Of a stretch of 64,000 bases of DNA, positions 25,582-39,510 are shown in pieces. Positions within the stretch are counted from its first letter, which is position 1, and every line of letters starts with the position of its first letter. The notes under the pieces were generated by a model. It was not told the origin of the DNA. It saw only the letters and a program-made list of their open reading frames with translations, and did not search any database. The position numbers and the translations under genes are program-made. The DNA comes from Octopus sinensis (lineage: Eukaryota): contig NC_042998.1 in assembly GCF_006345805.1 (NCBI RefSeq), positions 117,304,001-117,368,000 of the forward strand, given 5' to 3'.

Positions 25582-26152
25582 GAGTGAGAGAGCAGAGTAT
25601 ACTATCGCAGTGACACTGGGGTAAAATATACGAAGCCCAGAATGCTCACCATAAATACCTGTCTGATAAGGGTACACTAGGCACATGCCTTACAAATATA
25701 TGTGCGCGATAAATGTATGTGTGCGACATGGTGATCTCATATCAAGATAGACAGCACATGGCCTTACAGGTTGGGCCCAGTTAGAATTTTCTTCTAATCA
25801 AGTAACCCATCCCACTCAAATGGTCCCCGAATAAGGGTTGTTTAAGGATGTTGAAGGAAACACCCGTGTTTCTAAAGGTGAATTATTCAAACTCCAAAGA
25901 ATCCCTCTCCACACATGGTTATGATGCTCCTCCACTAATTCTGCTCATGATCAGAGATGCACATATCGTCAGGCATTAAGGGATATGCTCAACTGGTTAA
26001 GGTCAAACAACTTACAAGCAAATCTGTGGCATTGAGCAGAATATTTGATGTAGCCCATCTGTTATACCAAGACAAAACAATGTACATGATAACACTTCCA
26101 ATCAATTAAGATCAGAAGCCATGGGAGCCACTGCCTGGTACTGCACCAGGGC

Positions 26153-26153
<1 letters not shown>
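25582..26153 (-). mobile_element. Non-coding ~570-bp interspersed element flanked on both sides by (TAA)n
   Basis: Sharp junctions with (TTA)n arrays at about 25530-25581 and 26154-26224; no ORF; strand inferred from the array orientation of the neighbouring R4-like copy. Confidence 0.55.
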
Positions 26154-26216
<63 letters not shown>

Positions 26217-26224
26217 ATTATTAT

Positions 26225-27075
26225 TCAGTAGTTTTATTTTTATAGCGTGCTTTCACTTCACTACCGAGCGCAGCTCTGTGTGCCTTGGGTATGTGCTGTG
26301 ATTGTTGTGATGCTCTGATGGTTATTGTATGGAAAGTGTTCTGCGTAGGATGTGTGCAGTGCCTAGTAGTGCAATTTTCTGTATGTTATATGTGTTTGTA
26401 AGTCCTGGTGTTTTTGTTATGTATTTGTCTGAATATTTTTTATCATGCCTAATGCACCTACTATGATAGGAATTGTTTCTGTTTTCAAATTCCACATTCT
26501 AGTTAGCTCTATTTCCAGGTCTTTGTATTTTGAGAGTTTCACCATTTCTTTTAGAGACACGTTGTCATCAGCCGGTATTGATACATCAATTAGAAAGCAT
26601 TTTTTTTCTTCATGGTCTCTGACAACTATATCTGGTCTGTTGGTCTTAATTTCTCTGTCTGTGTGTATCGGCATATCCCAGAGTATGGTTGCTTTCTCGT
26701 TTTCTGTGACCTTTTCTGGTGTGTGCCTATACCATCTTTTTTCTGTTGTTATTCCATAATGTTGGCATAGCTTCCAGTGTATGTAGGTTCCAAATCTGTC
26801 ATGTCTGTGAATATATTCCTTCTTAGCCAGGACTGGGCAGCTAGAGATAATATGATTTATTGTTTCTTGTCCATCTCCACATATTCTGCAGTTACTTGTA
26901 ATATTTCTTTTCATTACATGTTTTTGGTAATTTCTGGTGGGGAGGCTTTGGTCTTGTGCTGCAATTAAAAATCCCTCTGTTTCTGCTTTGAGTCCTCAGC
27001 TTCTCAACCATTGCTGGGATTTTTCTTTGTCTATTTCTTTTGCGTTTAGTTTAGTCCAGTATTTACCATGAAGGG

Positions 27076-27076
<1 letters not shown>
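26225..27076 (-). mobile_element. R4/Dong-like non-LTR retrotransposon, 5'-truncated (CCHC + REL endonuclease + 3' UTR)
   Basis: CRICGDGQETINHIISSC, YIHRHD, ILWDMPIHTD, NRPDIVV, LIDVSIP, KLSKYKDL; (TAA)n on both sides. Confidence 0.9.
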
Positions 27077-27139
<63 letters not shown>

Positions 27140-27185
27140 CATTAATATTATTATTATTATTATCATTATTATCATCATTATTATT

Positions 27186-27240
27186 ATATGTAAATAACGT
27201 ACATAATTCCTCATCTCTTAAATATATAACTGTAGTAATG
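27186..27240 (+). mobile_element. Tail fragment of PLE-type terminal repeat
   Basis: tgtaaataacgtacataattcctcatctcttaaatata matches 38000-38055. Confidence 0.6.
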
Positions 27241-28803
27241 AAAATAAATAAAAGATATCATCTGCAAAAATACGAAATTTCAAATGAAAAGAAAACATAT
27301 CCGTTGTTTAAAAGAGGGGAAAAATTGAAAATAAATCCTAGAATTACTCAAATGAATGGAAACTCTGACATAACCAGCACAGTAATAATGACAGACAATG
27401 GTAACTAAAAAATATAGTCAAGAGGGCGTAACCAAGCCACTTTGATAATATGAACTTGGCCGCGTCACGTCCACATGTTCTGTTCCTGTAAATTAAAAAT
27501 GCCTTCATTGGTTGAAGTAAACTCAACACTTTCCAAAGAAAACTAGCATCATTTCATATCAACATGCAATGAACCCAATGCATGACCTGTGCATGCCTAA
27601 ATCGACATGATAGTGATTGCAAATTATTTGAATGTTATGCATGCGAGATGAGAGATACGAGATCTTGTCAGCGCAAAAACACACGGCTACTGATAAAAAG
27701 GTCAATCAATGACGAATAACACGCTACGTTTCACTTTAGAGTGGTTTGCATCCATGAGCATGTGCAAAAGTATTGTTCCATAATCAAATATATCAACCAA
27801 AATGCCCAATGTTTATACAGATGTATTTAAGCAAGTTTACGTAAACAAAATCCAATGATTTCGGAGTGAAAATTCTATTTTATGTATACCTCTACACGAA
27901 CTCTGTGAAATGATATCTCCTTGCAAATGATATTTTGATTTTGACCTATTTGGTAGTTTTATTCACGCAGAGGACAGCAATATTTTATCAGCTTCTCTAA
28001 AACGTATGTTAATATATTGTATCATTTCAATTCTATTTTTATATATTTAAAACTGACGCGCATTTGAATTTGTACAGATATCTTAGATAACTTCTGTTCA
28101 GTTTTGTAGTAGTGAAAATAATTGTTCTGAATGGCAGTGTAAAAATTATATAAGTCTTCTTAAACTGATCAGATATTTAGAGAAGGTTTTTTTAAAACAA
28201 GTTGTAGTAAAGGCATTCCAAATGCCAGTTTATATATAATGCTAATAAGTATTTCTATTTGTTGGATTGGCAACAATGATTCTTTGATTTATTGTAGATT
28301 GTAGAATAAAACATTAAGCTTGGATTCCACCCATAAATAATCACCAAAGACTCAACTGCAATTAAATTTTCCAAACTTCCTAAATTATTATCAGAGATAT
28401 GAGTATATTGACTGGACTACAATCAAAGAAAATAATTTAAGCAGAACAACTGGACAACAAAGGAATACTGAAGTATTGTTTAAAATTCAGTCGCAAGAAA
28501 AAATACAAATGCCTTATTCGCTGTAAATCGATTAAATTGAACAAATACGAGAAAAAGTTACTAAAGAAATACGCCAACGACAAATAAGATTAACAATTAA
28601 CTGAAGATTGAATGGAAAATAGAATTAAGAAAAACTTTTTATTGCAACAACAGGATGTGAATATGTTCTGTTGTTGTTGCAGTAGACAGATAACTTTATA
28701 TAACATTAAGAATTGCAGTAAACGTTAATGGTGTATATACTAGTAACCCAGACATGTCTTTATCTCCATCACTCTGTTGATGGTGTTGATGACAATAATG
28801 AAA

Positions 28804-28909
<106 letters not shown>

Positions 28910-29079
28910 TAATAATAATAACAATAATAATAATAATAATAGGAATAATAATAACAATAACAATGATAATAATAATTGTAATAATAATAATAATAACGAC
29001 GACTATGATGATGATGCTCAGGATAGCAGCAGCAGCAGTAGAGGTACTAGTAGTAGTAGTAGTAGTAGTAGTAGATTTT

Positions 29080-29690
29080 CGTTAAAATTTCCTCTAAATT
29101 CTTTACAAACTAATGTTTTTCTCTTTCTGTTCCTCTCAAAGATTGTAGTCTCTTTCTGGCAGTAGTTACAATCACATTTCTTTCACCATTATCTCCTTTC
29201 ATTTCGCAGAAAAATAAAATATTCGTCTGTGCTGCTACTTTCTCTCCTGATAATCTATTAGACACCCGATTTCCCCTTTTTGTTTTATGTATCCGTGTTC
29301 TTCATTCTTCACTCTTGTGGAGATACCCTCTATTTCCTATGGGATTAGCCAGTGTCATTGCATAATTAACTTTTTGTCCTCTAAAAATATTGCTCCTTGC
29401 CAAGGAACATCATTCACCATCCATATTATATACATACCTATTCTCTATACTATACTAGTAAGCTTGCTTCTGCAGCCACTCTCCACCACGGTTCTACAGA
29501 TTTTTCGAAACCAGCTTCTAATTTTTGCAGGTGTAATATAATATGTACCAGACCCATCCTGCTTCACGGAGGGACATTTGCCATGCAAGAGACTTTTACT
29601 TTTGATATATAATTTTCAGTTTGCTTTTCACACATCCTGGACAGTGTTATTAACTGTAGAACAACGACGTTTGTTTTATAGAAACACCAG
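29080..29690 (-). mobile_element. Possible ancient CR1-like APE endonuclease remnant
   Basis: Only weak, broken motif resemblance on the minus strand. Confidence 0.3.
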
Positions 29691-29704
29691 TAATAATAAT
29701 AATG

Positions 29705-29764
<60 letters not shown>

Positions 29765-29771
29765 TAATAAT

Positions 29772-30388
<617 letters not shown>

Positions 30389-30399
30389 CTGAAACCACT

Positions 30400-31340
30400 G
30401 CCACAAAAACAGCAAAACGGATCACACATGATGCAGAGAAGAACGGGCAGAAACACAGTGAGGATTGGTGGAGCCAGAAGCCTCTGCATGGACAGTATAT
30501 ACTTCGAAGCCGAAATGCTGATTTAGACCAAGCAACAATGCATCAGTGGCTGAGAACATCAGGACTGAAAGTAGAGATTGAAGGTTTCATATTGGCGGCT
30601 CATGATCAAAGCTTGCTTACTAAAAACTCCGAGGTTAACATTCTTCAAAACGATTCTGACCCTAAATGCGTATTCTGCGATAAATTTGACGAAACAATTG
30701 ACCATCTCGTCTCGAAGTTTCTTGCGCTAACACCAAATGAATACAAACATCACCACATTATTTAACATTGGAAAATATGTAGACACCATAAAATCAGCAC
30801 TCCTTCTTACTAGTATGAACATCATCCTGGGTCAGTCATTGAAATCACTTCCCTCTGGGATTTTCCAGTCAACACATAGTTAACATATAGTCATTAACGA
30901 GAGTGAAGGAAATACGTGTACACTAATAGATGTAAGTGTTCCTACCGATAAAAATATGTATGTTAAGGAATTTGACAAATACATAAATATAAGTATCTGG
31001 AAATTTAAACACAAAAGATGTGGCATCTTAAAGAAATGTTTCTGTTATTGTGGTTGCCCCAAATATGATAAGAAAGAGATGTCAGAAACCTCTAGATAAT
31101 ATCTCAAAAGAAACATTCCAAAAGATTGTGCTGACATGTACTGCCCACATGCTTGGAAACCACCCCCCTCAATTTAAATGTGTATGTTGTATTACTTGGA
31201 GATATCTCGCTACTGCCCCTGCCACTTCTACTCTTGAAAGCTTTCAGTCATACTGCAACATCTCTTATTCTTTACTTACCCTAGGACGCTTGGTGTGTCT
31301 CGGCGAGTGACTGTAACAAGCATCCAGATTAAAAGTCAAT
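30400..31340 (+). mobile_element. Degraded R4/Dong-like 3' fragment (second family)
   Basis: QKPLHGQY, WLRTSGLKVEIEGFILAAHDQSL, CVFCDKFDETIDHL, IDVSVPTD; 3' UTR then (AAT)n. Confidence 0.8.
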
Positions 31341-31359
31341 AATTATAATAATAATAATT

Positions 31360-31445
<86 letters not shown>

Positions 31446-31449
<4 letters not shown>

Positions 31450-34400
31450 GGAAACTAAAAAGAAAACTAAATCAGTATACCAAATCGCTTGTCCTATGGT
31501 TAATCTGGAAGCGCGTGCCCCACGGAAGAGCCAGCCTGGGACCGAAAATTCATCAACTGGCACAAACTCTTCTCCGAAACGGACATGGATGGTCACTTGA
31601 ACGGGAAATTCCCCAACTCGAGCTCTCCAAGTTCACCACCACAACCACCACAGAAAGAAAAAATGTAAGCGGAACAAATGGACCCGAGAAGAGTATAAAG
31701 AAGTAATATACGCTTATTACTATGCATTAGATAGGCCATCTCAAGAGAGACACACCGCAAACTCTTACAGTATATGGAGGACACGGAATCAAGACAGAAG
31801 GCCCTATTTGGACGAGAACAAATTGGCAAATGTGTGGAGGGATATCCTTAGAAATAACAGACTCACAGACAGTGAAATAAGCGCGATCAAGCACGCAACG
31901 GAAAATGACATAAATATAAGACACAAAGGAAATGAAGAATCAGATGAACAGTATAGCCCGCAACGAGGTTTAATTGAAAGACTGCCATCTGACCAAAGTA
32001 CGCAAAGGCCTGAAGATAAAAGAAATTCTATTGAACCTGTTAAAGATAGCCAGGAAAATGATAAAACAACAGTAACTGAAGATCTCGCATTTGCTGAAGA
32101 ACACATAGAGTCTATGGCAGAAATGAGGCAGAACATCCTGAATACGCTTGAAGTTGCAAGACATATAAGTATGAATGATAGAGAACCACTTCATAAACTC
32201 TCAAATACAAACCAAAATATAAAAAACAAATCCAAATTGGCAACTATGTAACAAATGAAATAATACAAGAATTAAAACCTGATTTTACTGAGTTAAATGC
32301 AATTATTTACGCTTCTGCTAGAGCAATTGAAACCAACTGTCTGCTCCCAAAAAAACAAAGAAAACCAAACCTGGGAAGAAATCAAACCTGGAGAAGTAAA
32401 ATTGAAAAAGAGATTGAATTTATGAGAGGAGAAATATCGATATTAAATGAACTAATATTTGGAAATGATGTAAGATCCAGAACAGGAAGAAAGATGAAGA
32501 GAAAATTTGGATCCTCATCAAGAGAAGAACTAATATCAATAAAAGAAACGCTGAAACAAAATGTCCAAGCAAAAGCCCAAAGAATACGATTTGAGAAGAG
32601 AAACAAGTTTTACAAGCAAAATAAGCTGTTCACATCCAATGCAAAAAAATTCTACATAGAAATAGGGAAGGAGAAAGTAACCGTTAAAGACCCCCCTCCC
32701 ATGGAAGAAGTTCAAAACTTTTGGAAAAGGATGTGGAGTGACAAGAAGACGTACAACATAAATGCAGACTGGATTATACAAACAGAAGGATCCTACCAAA
32801 ATTTACAATAAGCATGGGTAGACATCACAATAGCAGACCTAAGAAAGGCACTAACGAAGGCCCATAATTGGAAATCCCCCGTTAAATATAGGGTGCCGCA
32901 TTTCTCGCTCGCATCGCTCCCATGCGCACATGGTAAACTAGTTCAGCTGCTCAATGGAATTATGAGAGACCCAAAGAAAACACCTGAATAGTTAGCAAGT
33001 GGTATTACTTACCTACTCCCAAAGAATAACGAAACTAACCTTCCAAAAAACTACCGGCCTATAACCTGTCTATCCACAACGTATAAAATCCTAACATCTA
33101 TCCTGGCGGAGAAAACATATGCATTCATGGAGAAGAACGATATTTTCCCCATTGAACAAAAAGGGGGCCATGTGATTTCAAAAAGGGGCCCCTGTGATTT
33201 CAAGCTTCCTGAAGCACAATATGTCGTTGTAGAATACGAATCTCCAATTATACCACTCTAATAGAGTACTTGCCTCAGAAAATATAAACATCAAATGTGG
33301 AATTTTTCAAGGTGACTCACTTTCACCTTTAATATTCTGCATAGCCCTAATACCCCTTACAAGTGAATTAAACAGAACAAGGTATGGGTATAAAATTGCC
33401 AATAAAAAAATAAGCCATCTATTTTATATGGATAACTTAAAACTATATGGTAAAGACGATAATGAACTTGAAGGCCTATTGCGCACTGTGAAAGCATTCA
33501 GCGATGACATCGGGATGGAGTTTGGACTTGAGAAGTGTGCCAAGGCCACTTTCCACAAAGGGAAAGTGAAGACCACAAATTCAGTCTTGTTAGATGTTGA
33601 CACAGTCATAAGAGAGCTTGAGCAAGAACAAACATACAAATATTTAGGGATAAATGAAGGCTCTGGTATTCAGCATGCAAGCATGAAAGAGAAGTTCAGG
33701 AAGGAATGTTATAGGAGAGTTCGTGCAGTCCTGAAACCTGAACTAAATGCACGTAACAAGGTGTTAGCTATAAATTCCTTAGCAGTTCCAGTTGTTACTT
33801 ATAGCTACAATGTGTTGAACTGGAATATGAGTGAAGCAAAGAATATAGATAGGAAAATACGCAAGCTGCTGAGTTGTAATAGGATGCACCACCAAAAGGC
33901 AGACGTAGGTTGCCTTTACCTTCCCAGAGCTCAAGGAGGTCGAGGCCTGACCCAATTTGAACTAGCTTACAAAACAACCACAATTGGACTGGCCAAATAT
34001 CTTGAAATAACGAATAACTGGATGCTAAAGCTCGTGGAAAATCACGAGAGACGAAAGAAGATTCATTCTATCATAAAGGAAAGCAAAAAATTTGCTATTG
34101 ATCTCGTGCAGGATACCCAAACTGAACAACCCGAGGGAAGCAAGGCAACTATTGTTGCAAAGAAGGTGAAAATAATGGCAACGAAAAAAGCGCACGAGCA
34201 ACTGGCTGATAGGTGGGAGGAGAAACCTCTGCACGGCAAATATGTGACCCGTAGCAAACAAGCTGATGTTGACCAGAAGCAAACCCTTCAGTGGCTACGG
34301 GCTAAAAGCAGAGAGCGAATGTTTCAACCTGGCTGCTCAAGATCAAAGCCTATTAACCCGGAACTACCAGGCCAATGTGATGAAAAATGGAGCAGACCCA

Positions 34401-35122
34401 AAATGCCGATTCTGCAACAACATGATTGAAACAGTGGACCACCTAATCTCTGGATGTAAAGTCTTAGCACCAGTGGAGTATAAATTAAGACATGACAGAG
34501 TTGGCTAATATCTACACTGGCTAATAAGTCGGCATTACAATATCAAAACTTCCGACGAGTGGTATAATCACCACCCTGAAGCTGTAACTGAAGGAGAAAA
34601 TGTAACGATTCTGTGGGACTTTCCAGTACATACAGACCGAACCATGAAAGCCAATAAACCGGATATTGTTGTGAAAGACCAAAACAATAAAGTTTGCTTA
34701 TTGATCGACATGAGCATCCCCTGTGATCATAATATCTCGGCGAAAGAGTTTGACAAGCTCAGAAAATATAAAGACCAACTCATTGAAATTGAGAAAATGT
34801 GTCATCTCAAGGCGGTTACAATACCAGTGATCGTAGGAGCACTAGGAATGATCAAGAAGGGAACCGAAAATTATATGAGAATGATCCCTGGCTTACCATC
34901 CCTGCAAGAAGTGCAAAAGTTTGTCTTAACTGGTACATCACACGTATTCAGAAGAGCATTGACGATGTGAGAACTATTACTACCCATGTATTTTAATTTA
35001 ACTTTAAAAAAAATGAACGAACTAGTGAGTTTAGTTTAATGGTCTACCAATGTATACTATGAGTTTCTTTGCCCTAGGAGTCGGGAAGACACTCGGCAAG
35101 AAATGGAAGCAAATTTGAAAGA
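31446..35122 (+). mobile_element. Near full-length R4/Dong-like retrotransposon, pseudogenised
   Basis: N-terminal KWTREEYKEVIYAYYY domain; RT motifs NYRPITCL, GIFQGDSLSPL, HLFYMDNLKLY, YKYLG (with an internal deletion at about 33170); CRFC..ETVDHL..C knuckle; NKPDIVV...LIDMSIP REL nuclease; (AAT)n at both ends. Confidence 0.9.
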
Positions 35123-35149
35123 AGAGGAAAAATAATAATAATAATACTG

Positions 35150-35243
<94 letters not shown>

Positions 35244-35272
35244 TGATGATAATAATAATAATGATGATGATG

Positions 35273-35356
<84 letters not shown>

Positions 35357-35394
35357 TAATAATAATAACGATAATGAGGATAATAATTAAAAAT

Positions 35395-35797
35395 TTCTTA
35401 TAAAAATAAGAATAAAGCTGTCTGCTTATTAGCTCCATGAGGCCATCGCCTTAAGTTAGCTATTTGATACACAAACTGTATCCATATAACCTTCGAACAA
35501 GGGAGGTCAGTCGCTCCACACTACTTGATCGACAGCTACAGACGCGTTTCGGGGTATTGCCCCTTTTCAATGTAGCGTAGTCAGACCAGTAGGTGTCGCT
35601 TCTGACAATCTCTGTTCGAAGTTGTTATTTACCTAGTTTCGGTGGAATACATCCACTTGTTTTCAATAATAGAAATATTAAAATTACTAAGTCTCTCTAA
35701 AAGAGATCACGGCAGCGTTCCTGGAAAATAATAGTTATCGCCATACTAATATGGCATTCTTATAAAAATAAGAATAAAGCTGTCCGCTTATTAGCTC
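35395..35797 (-). mobile_element. PLE-type terminal repeat unit (362-bp period, 41-bp direct repeat at ends)
   Basis: 35395-35435 equals 35757-35797 with 1 mismatch; contains the hammerhead at 35535-35576. Confidence 0.7.
35535..35576 (-). ncRNA. Minimal type-I hammerhead ribozyme motif, U3-A8 core variant
   Basis: Minus strand GCTACA|TTGAAAA|GGGG-caata-CCCC|GAA|ACGCGT|C|TGTAGC; all stems perfect, NUH = GUC. Confidence 0.78.
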
Positions 35798-35802
35798 TCT
35801 GC

Positions 35803-36950
35803 CATTCCTTGTACATCGGACAAACGGGATGCCGCTTGGCTGACCGGTTCGCGGAACACCTTCGTGACATCCACCTTGCGAACGACACACCGGTCTCACC
35901 CATTTCCGCTCCACCGGTCACTCCTTGCAACACCTATCTGTGTTCGGTTTGTCCTTACACAGAGGCCATCCGGATTCCCGTTTGCGCCGTGAACAGGAAT
36001 TAATCTTCTCTCTTCACTCTTATACGCCATTTGGTCTCAACTCTCCCCCTTCCTCACCTACCTTCCCCCCGACCCCTAATTCTTCAGTCCTTCATCCTTT
36101 CACCCCTACTCCCCTTCCCTTCTTCCCTCTTTCAACCTCCCTCCTTCCCTCTTCCCCTTCCCTCTGCTCCCTCACTCCCCTTCTCTCTCTCCCTCTCCCT
36201 CTTTCCTCCTTCCTCCTCTCCTCCTCCTCCCCTCCTCCTCCTCCCCTTCCTTCTCCCCATCCTCTCTCTCCCCCTCTATCCCCCTCCTTTCCTCCTCCTC
36301 CCCCTATTCTCCTCTCTCCACACTACACCACACGACTTTACACATCACATCATATATGATGTGCCATACTAATACATACACCAACTAATACATACTAATA
36401 CGTACTAATACATACTAATACATACTAATACGTACTAATACATACTAATACATACTAATACATATACCAACCCTATACATACACACGTCCAGACCTCTCA
36501 TACGCACTAATACTCTCTCATACACACACACACACACACATCCTTATACATACTAATACATACTAATACATACACCAACACTATACATACACACGTCCAG
36601 ACCTCTCGTACGCACTAATACTCTCTCATACACACACACACACACACCCTTATGTTGGAGCTAGTCATTCAACCCTATTATCTCCCCTAATTTCGCTCTC
36701 GCGTCTCATGTTTGATCTTTGACCTCTGGCCGAAATCAGATCGCCATGTTGATTCGTTAGTTACTGCACGCATTTTTTTTCTCTCCTTCTTTCTGTGTTT
36801 TTTTTCTCTCTGTGTATCTTTCTGTTGAAGAGCGTAGGCTCGAAACGTTAAAGACTTGTTTTATTTATATTTCCTGAGCGCCATACTAATATATTTGTTT
36901 GTTTGTTTTCCACCTGCCTTCGTCTTTTGTCTAATTTCATAAAGCTTCCC
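35803..36950 (+). mobile_element. Penelope-like element 3' part: GIY-YIG domain, low-complexity spacer, terminal repeat
   Basis: YIGQTGCRLADRFAEHLRDI, then after a frameshift HLSVFGL...RLRREQELIFSL...PFGLN; pyrimidine tract; (catactaata)n; hammerhead-bearing repeat ending at about 36950. Confidence 0.85.
36817..36855 (+). ncRNA. Minimal hammerhead motif with A6U core change
   Basis: TCTTT|CTGTTGA|A|GAGC-gtag-GCTC|GAA|ACGT|T|AAAGA. Confidence 0.6.
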
Positions 36951-36952
36951 GT

Positions 36953-37392
36953 TACTCTAATGTAAAGACGACTTTGCCATGAAGCTAGCAGCACGACGCC
37001 AAAAAAGGTTTGTTATTTTTTTCTCCCACTACACATTTTGTTTGTTTATCTTCTTTAAATATTCCTACATAGCTACGCCAAAGGAAGTCAGCTAAAAATT
37101 TCTTTGCCCGCTTTTCATTGTTTTGTTTATGTTCTTCAGATATTCCACCTTGCTACACTAATGAAAAGACAGCTTTACCATGAGGGTAGCAGCACAAGGC
37201 CAAAGAAAATCAGTTAACAGTTTCTTCTCCGTCTTTATCTTCTTCTGTTATCTTCTTCAAATATTCCTACGTAGCTATGTCAAAGAAAATCAGTTAAATA
37301 TTTCTCTTCGTTCTTTCCTTTTTTGTGTTGTTTATCTCCTTCAGATATTCCTAACTAGCTACTCTAATGAAAAGACGGCTTTGCCATGAGGC
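36953..37392 (+). repeat. Degenerate tandem repeat, ~201-206 bp period
   Basis: tac.ctaatg.aaagac..cttt.ccatga.g recurs at 36953, 37154 and 37360. Confidence 0.8.
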
Positions 37393-37692
37393 TGATGCGA
37401 ACACCCTTCCACCCTACCAACTTTTCCCGGTACCAAACTGTGGGCGAGGCAAATATTTTCTCTCTGCCATTCTCTCCCTCTCTCTCAATCTCTCTCTCTC
37501 TCTCTCAACCCTCATTGTTTTTATTTCCTTTTTTCTGGTCGGGATGTCGGTGACAAAATCAACAGCCCTGCAGAGATTGCTCTGAGGAGAGTATATGATT
37601 CTTGCTATTTTGACACCCTACAGGAAGAAAAACCTTCTATATAAAGGCTATTGAACTCTTACGAGGAAAAGAATAATAATAATAATAATAAT

Positions 37693-37729
<37 letters not shown>

Positions 37730-37768
37730 GTAATAATATTAATAATAATAATAATAATATTAATAATA

Positions 37769-37857
<89 letters not shown>

Positions 37858-37869
37858 TAGAACAACAAC

Positions 37870-38060
37870 AACATCGAAAATACCTTAGGTATGAGAACCC
37901 AGGTTCGAAATCTCCCAAGGACACCTGATGAAGACTGGAGGCTATATCAGCTGAAACGTTGTGTTAACAACAAATATGAGGACAAATATCCATCAAATGT
38001 AAATAATGTAAATAATGTAATTACTGTACATAATTCCTCATCTCTTAAATATAGAAATGT
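37870..38060 (+). mobile_element. PLE-type terminal repeat following an (AAT)n array
   Basis: Contains the hammerhead at 37921-37964; its tail is shared with 27186-27240. Confidence 0.65.
37921..37964 (+). ncRNA. Minimal type-I hammerhead motif, canonical core, weakened stem II
   Basis: ACAC|CTGATGA|A|GACTG-gaggctatat-CAGCT|GAA|ACGT|T|GTGT. Confidence 0.65.
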
Positions 38061-38064
38061 ATAG

Positions 38065-39072
38065 AAAATAAAGTACCCTGTAGGGGATATAGAAAAAGAA
38101 TACACAAGGCATGGGGCGACAGAGGTCTATTTGTATTAAGTGAAAAATCCTTGCGACCGAGCTAGAGCCATCAGAAAGAATGAAATGTTATCTCCAGTTG
38201 AACTAGAAAGCATCAAGAGACGGGTGCTTAGGGATAGTAAGACCAGCGATTAACGGAAGGATGAGGAAGAGAATGCAGATAGTGAAACTATGGCAGTAGA
38301 GTTGAAGGAAGAAAACGAGCATAAGGCTGAGAATATTAATCAGGAGAGCGATGAGAGTACCGGGAAACAGATATCTATTTTAATTGAAATCTTTGATATT
38401 TGGACCTCTGGTGAACAGAGATTTTATACAAGTTTTAAGAAAGTGGACAGAAAGAAACTCAATGAATGGGTCAGGAAGATAAAGGATATCGCTGGTGATA
38501 TCAGGACTGAAAACACCAGAGACACCAACAATCTGGTAAATGAAATCTCGAACTTTATAGACCGGAAGTTTAGTTTGAAAGCCAAAAGCAAATGTTAGCA
38601 TAACCTGAATGAACCATGGTGGAAAAGAAGAATAACGCAGTCTATTAACTAGACAACAAAATATATTAATATGCAGGAACGGAAAAAAATTAAGCTTAGA
38701 GAAAGAAATATGCTGAGCGAGAGAGGAAGTATAAGATGAAAAGAAAGGGAATCAATGTTGAGATTGAGGATTGAAAACAAGGGTTGAAAGCTAAAGCACG
38801 TAGACTAAAGACATATGAACAGAGAATTGAGCAGAGTTTTCGAACAAATTCATGAACGAGTCTATCATGAATGGATGGGAAAGAAATGGGTGCAAAAGCT
38901 GTGCCGAATGCTGAAAAAAGCAAAAGACCTGGGCAAACATATTGTCTCGGGAGAAACAGTACGAAACTGAAGCAGAGTGGTGAAAGACACCCAGAGAGGA
39001 GAGTGAAGTGTATCACCAATAAGGATGATGATAATTATAATAATAATAATGATAATAATAATAATAATAATA

Positions 39073-39123
<51 letters not shown>

Positions 39124-39510
39124 TGACCAATTCGGTCGCACTGCCCAAAAGACAATGACAATGCATGGCGCCCTCCACCCTAATGCAAATGTACACAGGC
39201 TCTACATGAAGAGAGGTAAGGGTGAACGTGGGTTGATTAGCGTACGTCAGTGCATCAAGAGTAAAAGAGGGAATATGGCAAAATATATGGCATACAGAAT
39301 GCTGCTAGTGCAGTAGAAGTTAACAAAAATGGACGTGAGAGTGCTAATTTAATTCCGAACAAGAACCCCCAATGAGATAGAATAAACCCTACTCTGTATG
39401 GAATTACACGGTCAGTTCCACCGTGAAACCAACAAATTTAAAGACAAAGGAGCACCATGGAGGGGGCTCAAACAAGGTGACCTAAAAATAGAATACTGAG
39501 AGCCTAATCA
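38065..39510 (+). mobile_element. Degraded R4/Dong-like element(s): N-terminal region and post-RT region separated by (AAT)n
   Basis: RARAIRKNEMLSPVELESIKR-like N-terminus; after the 39033-39122 array, a broken MHGALHP.ANV.RLYMKRGKG-like segment. Confidence 0.6.

Noticed and set aside
26095-26153. Possible HDV-like ribozyme at the end of the (TAA)n-flanked element
   Set aside because: A P3/L3-like segment exists but no P1, P1.1 or P2 pairing could be built.
36361-37392. Short repeated units as a CRISPR-like array
   Set aside because: Eukaryotic context, degenerate tandem units without unique spacers, and no cas genes.
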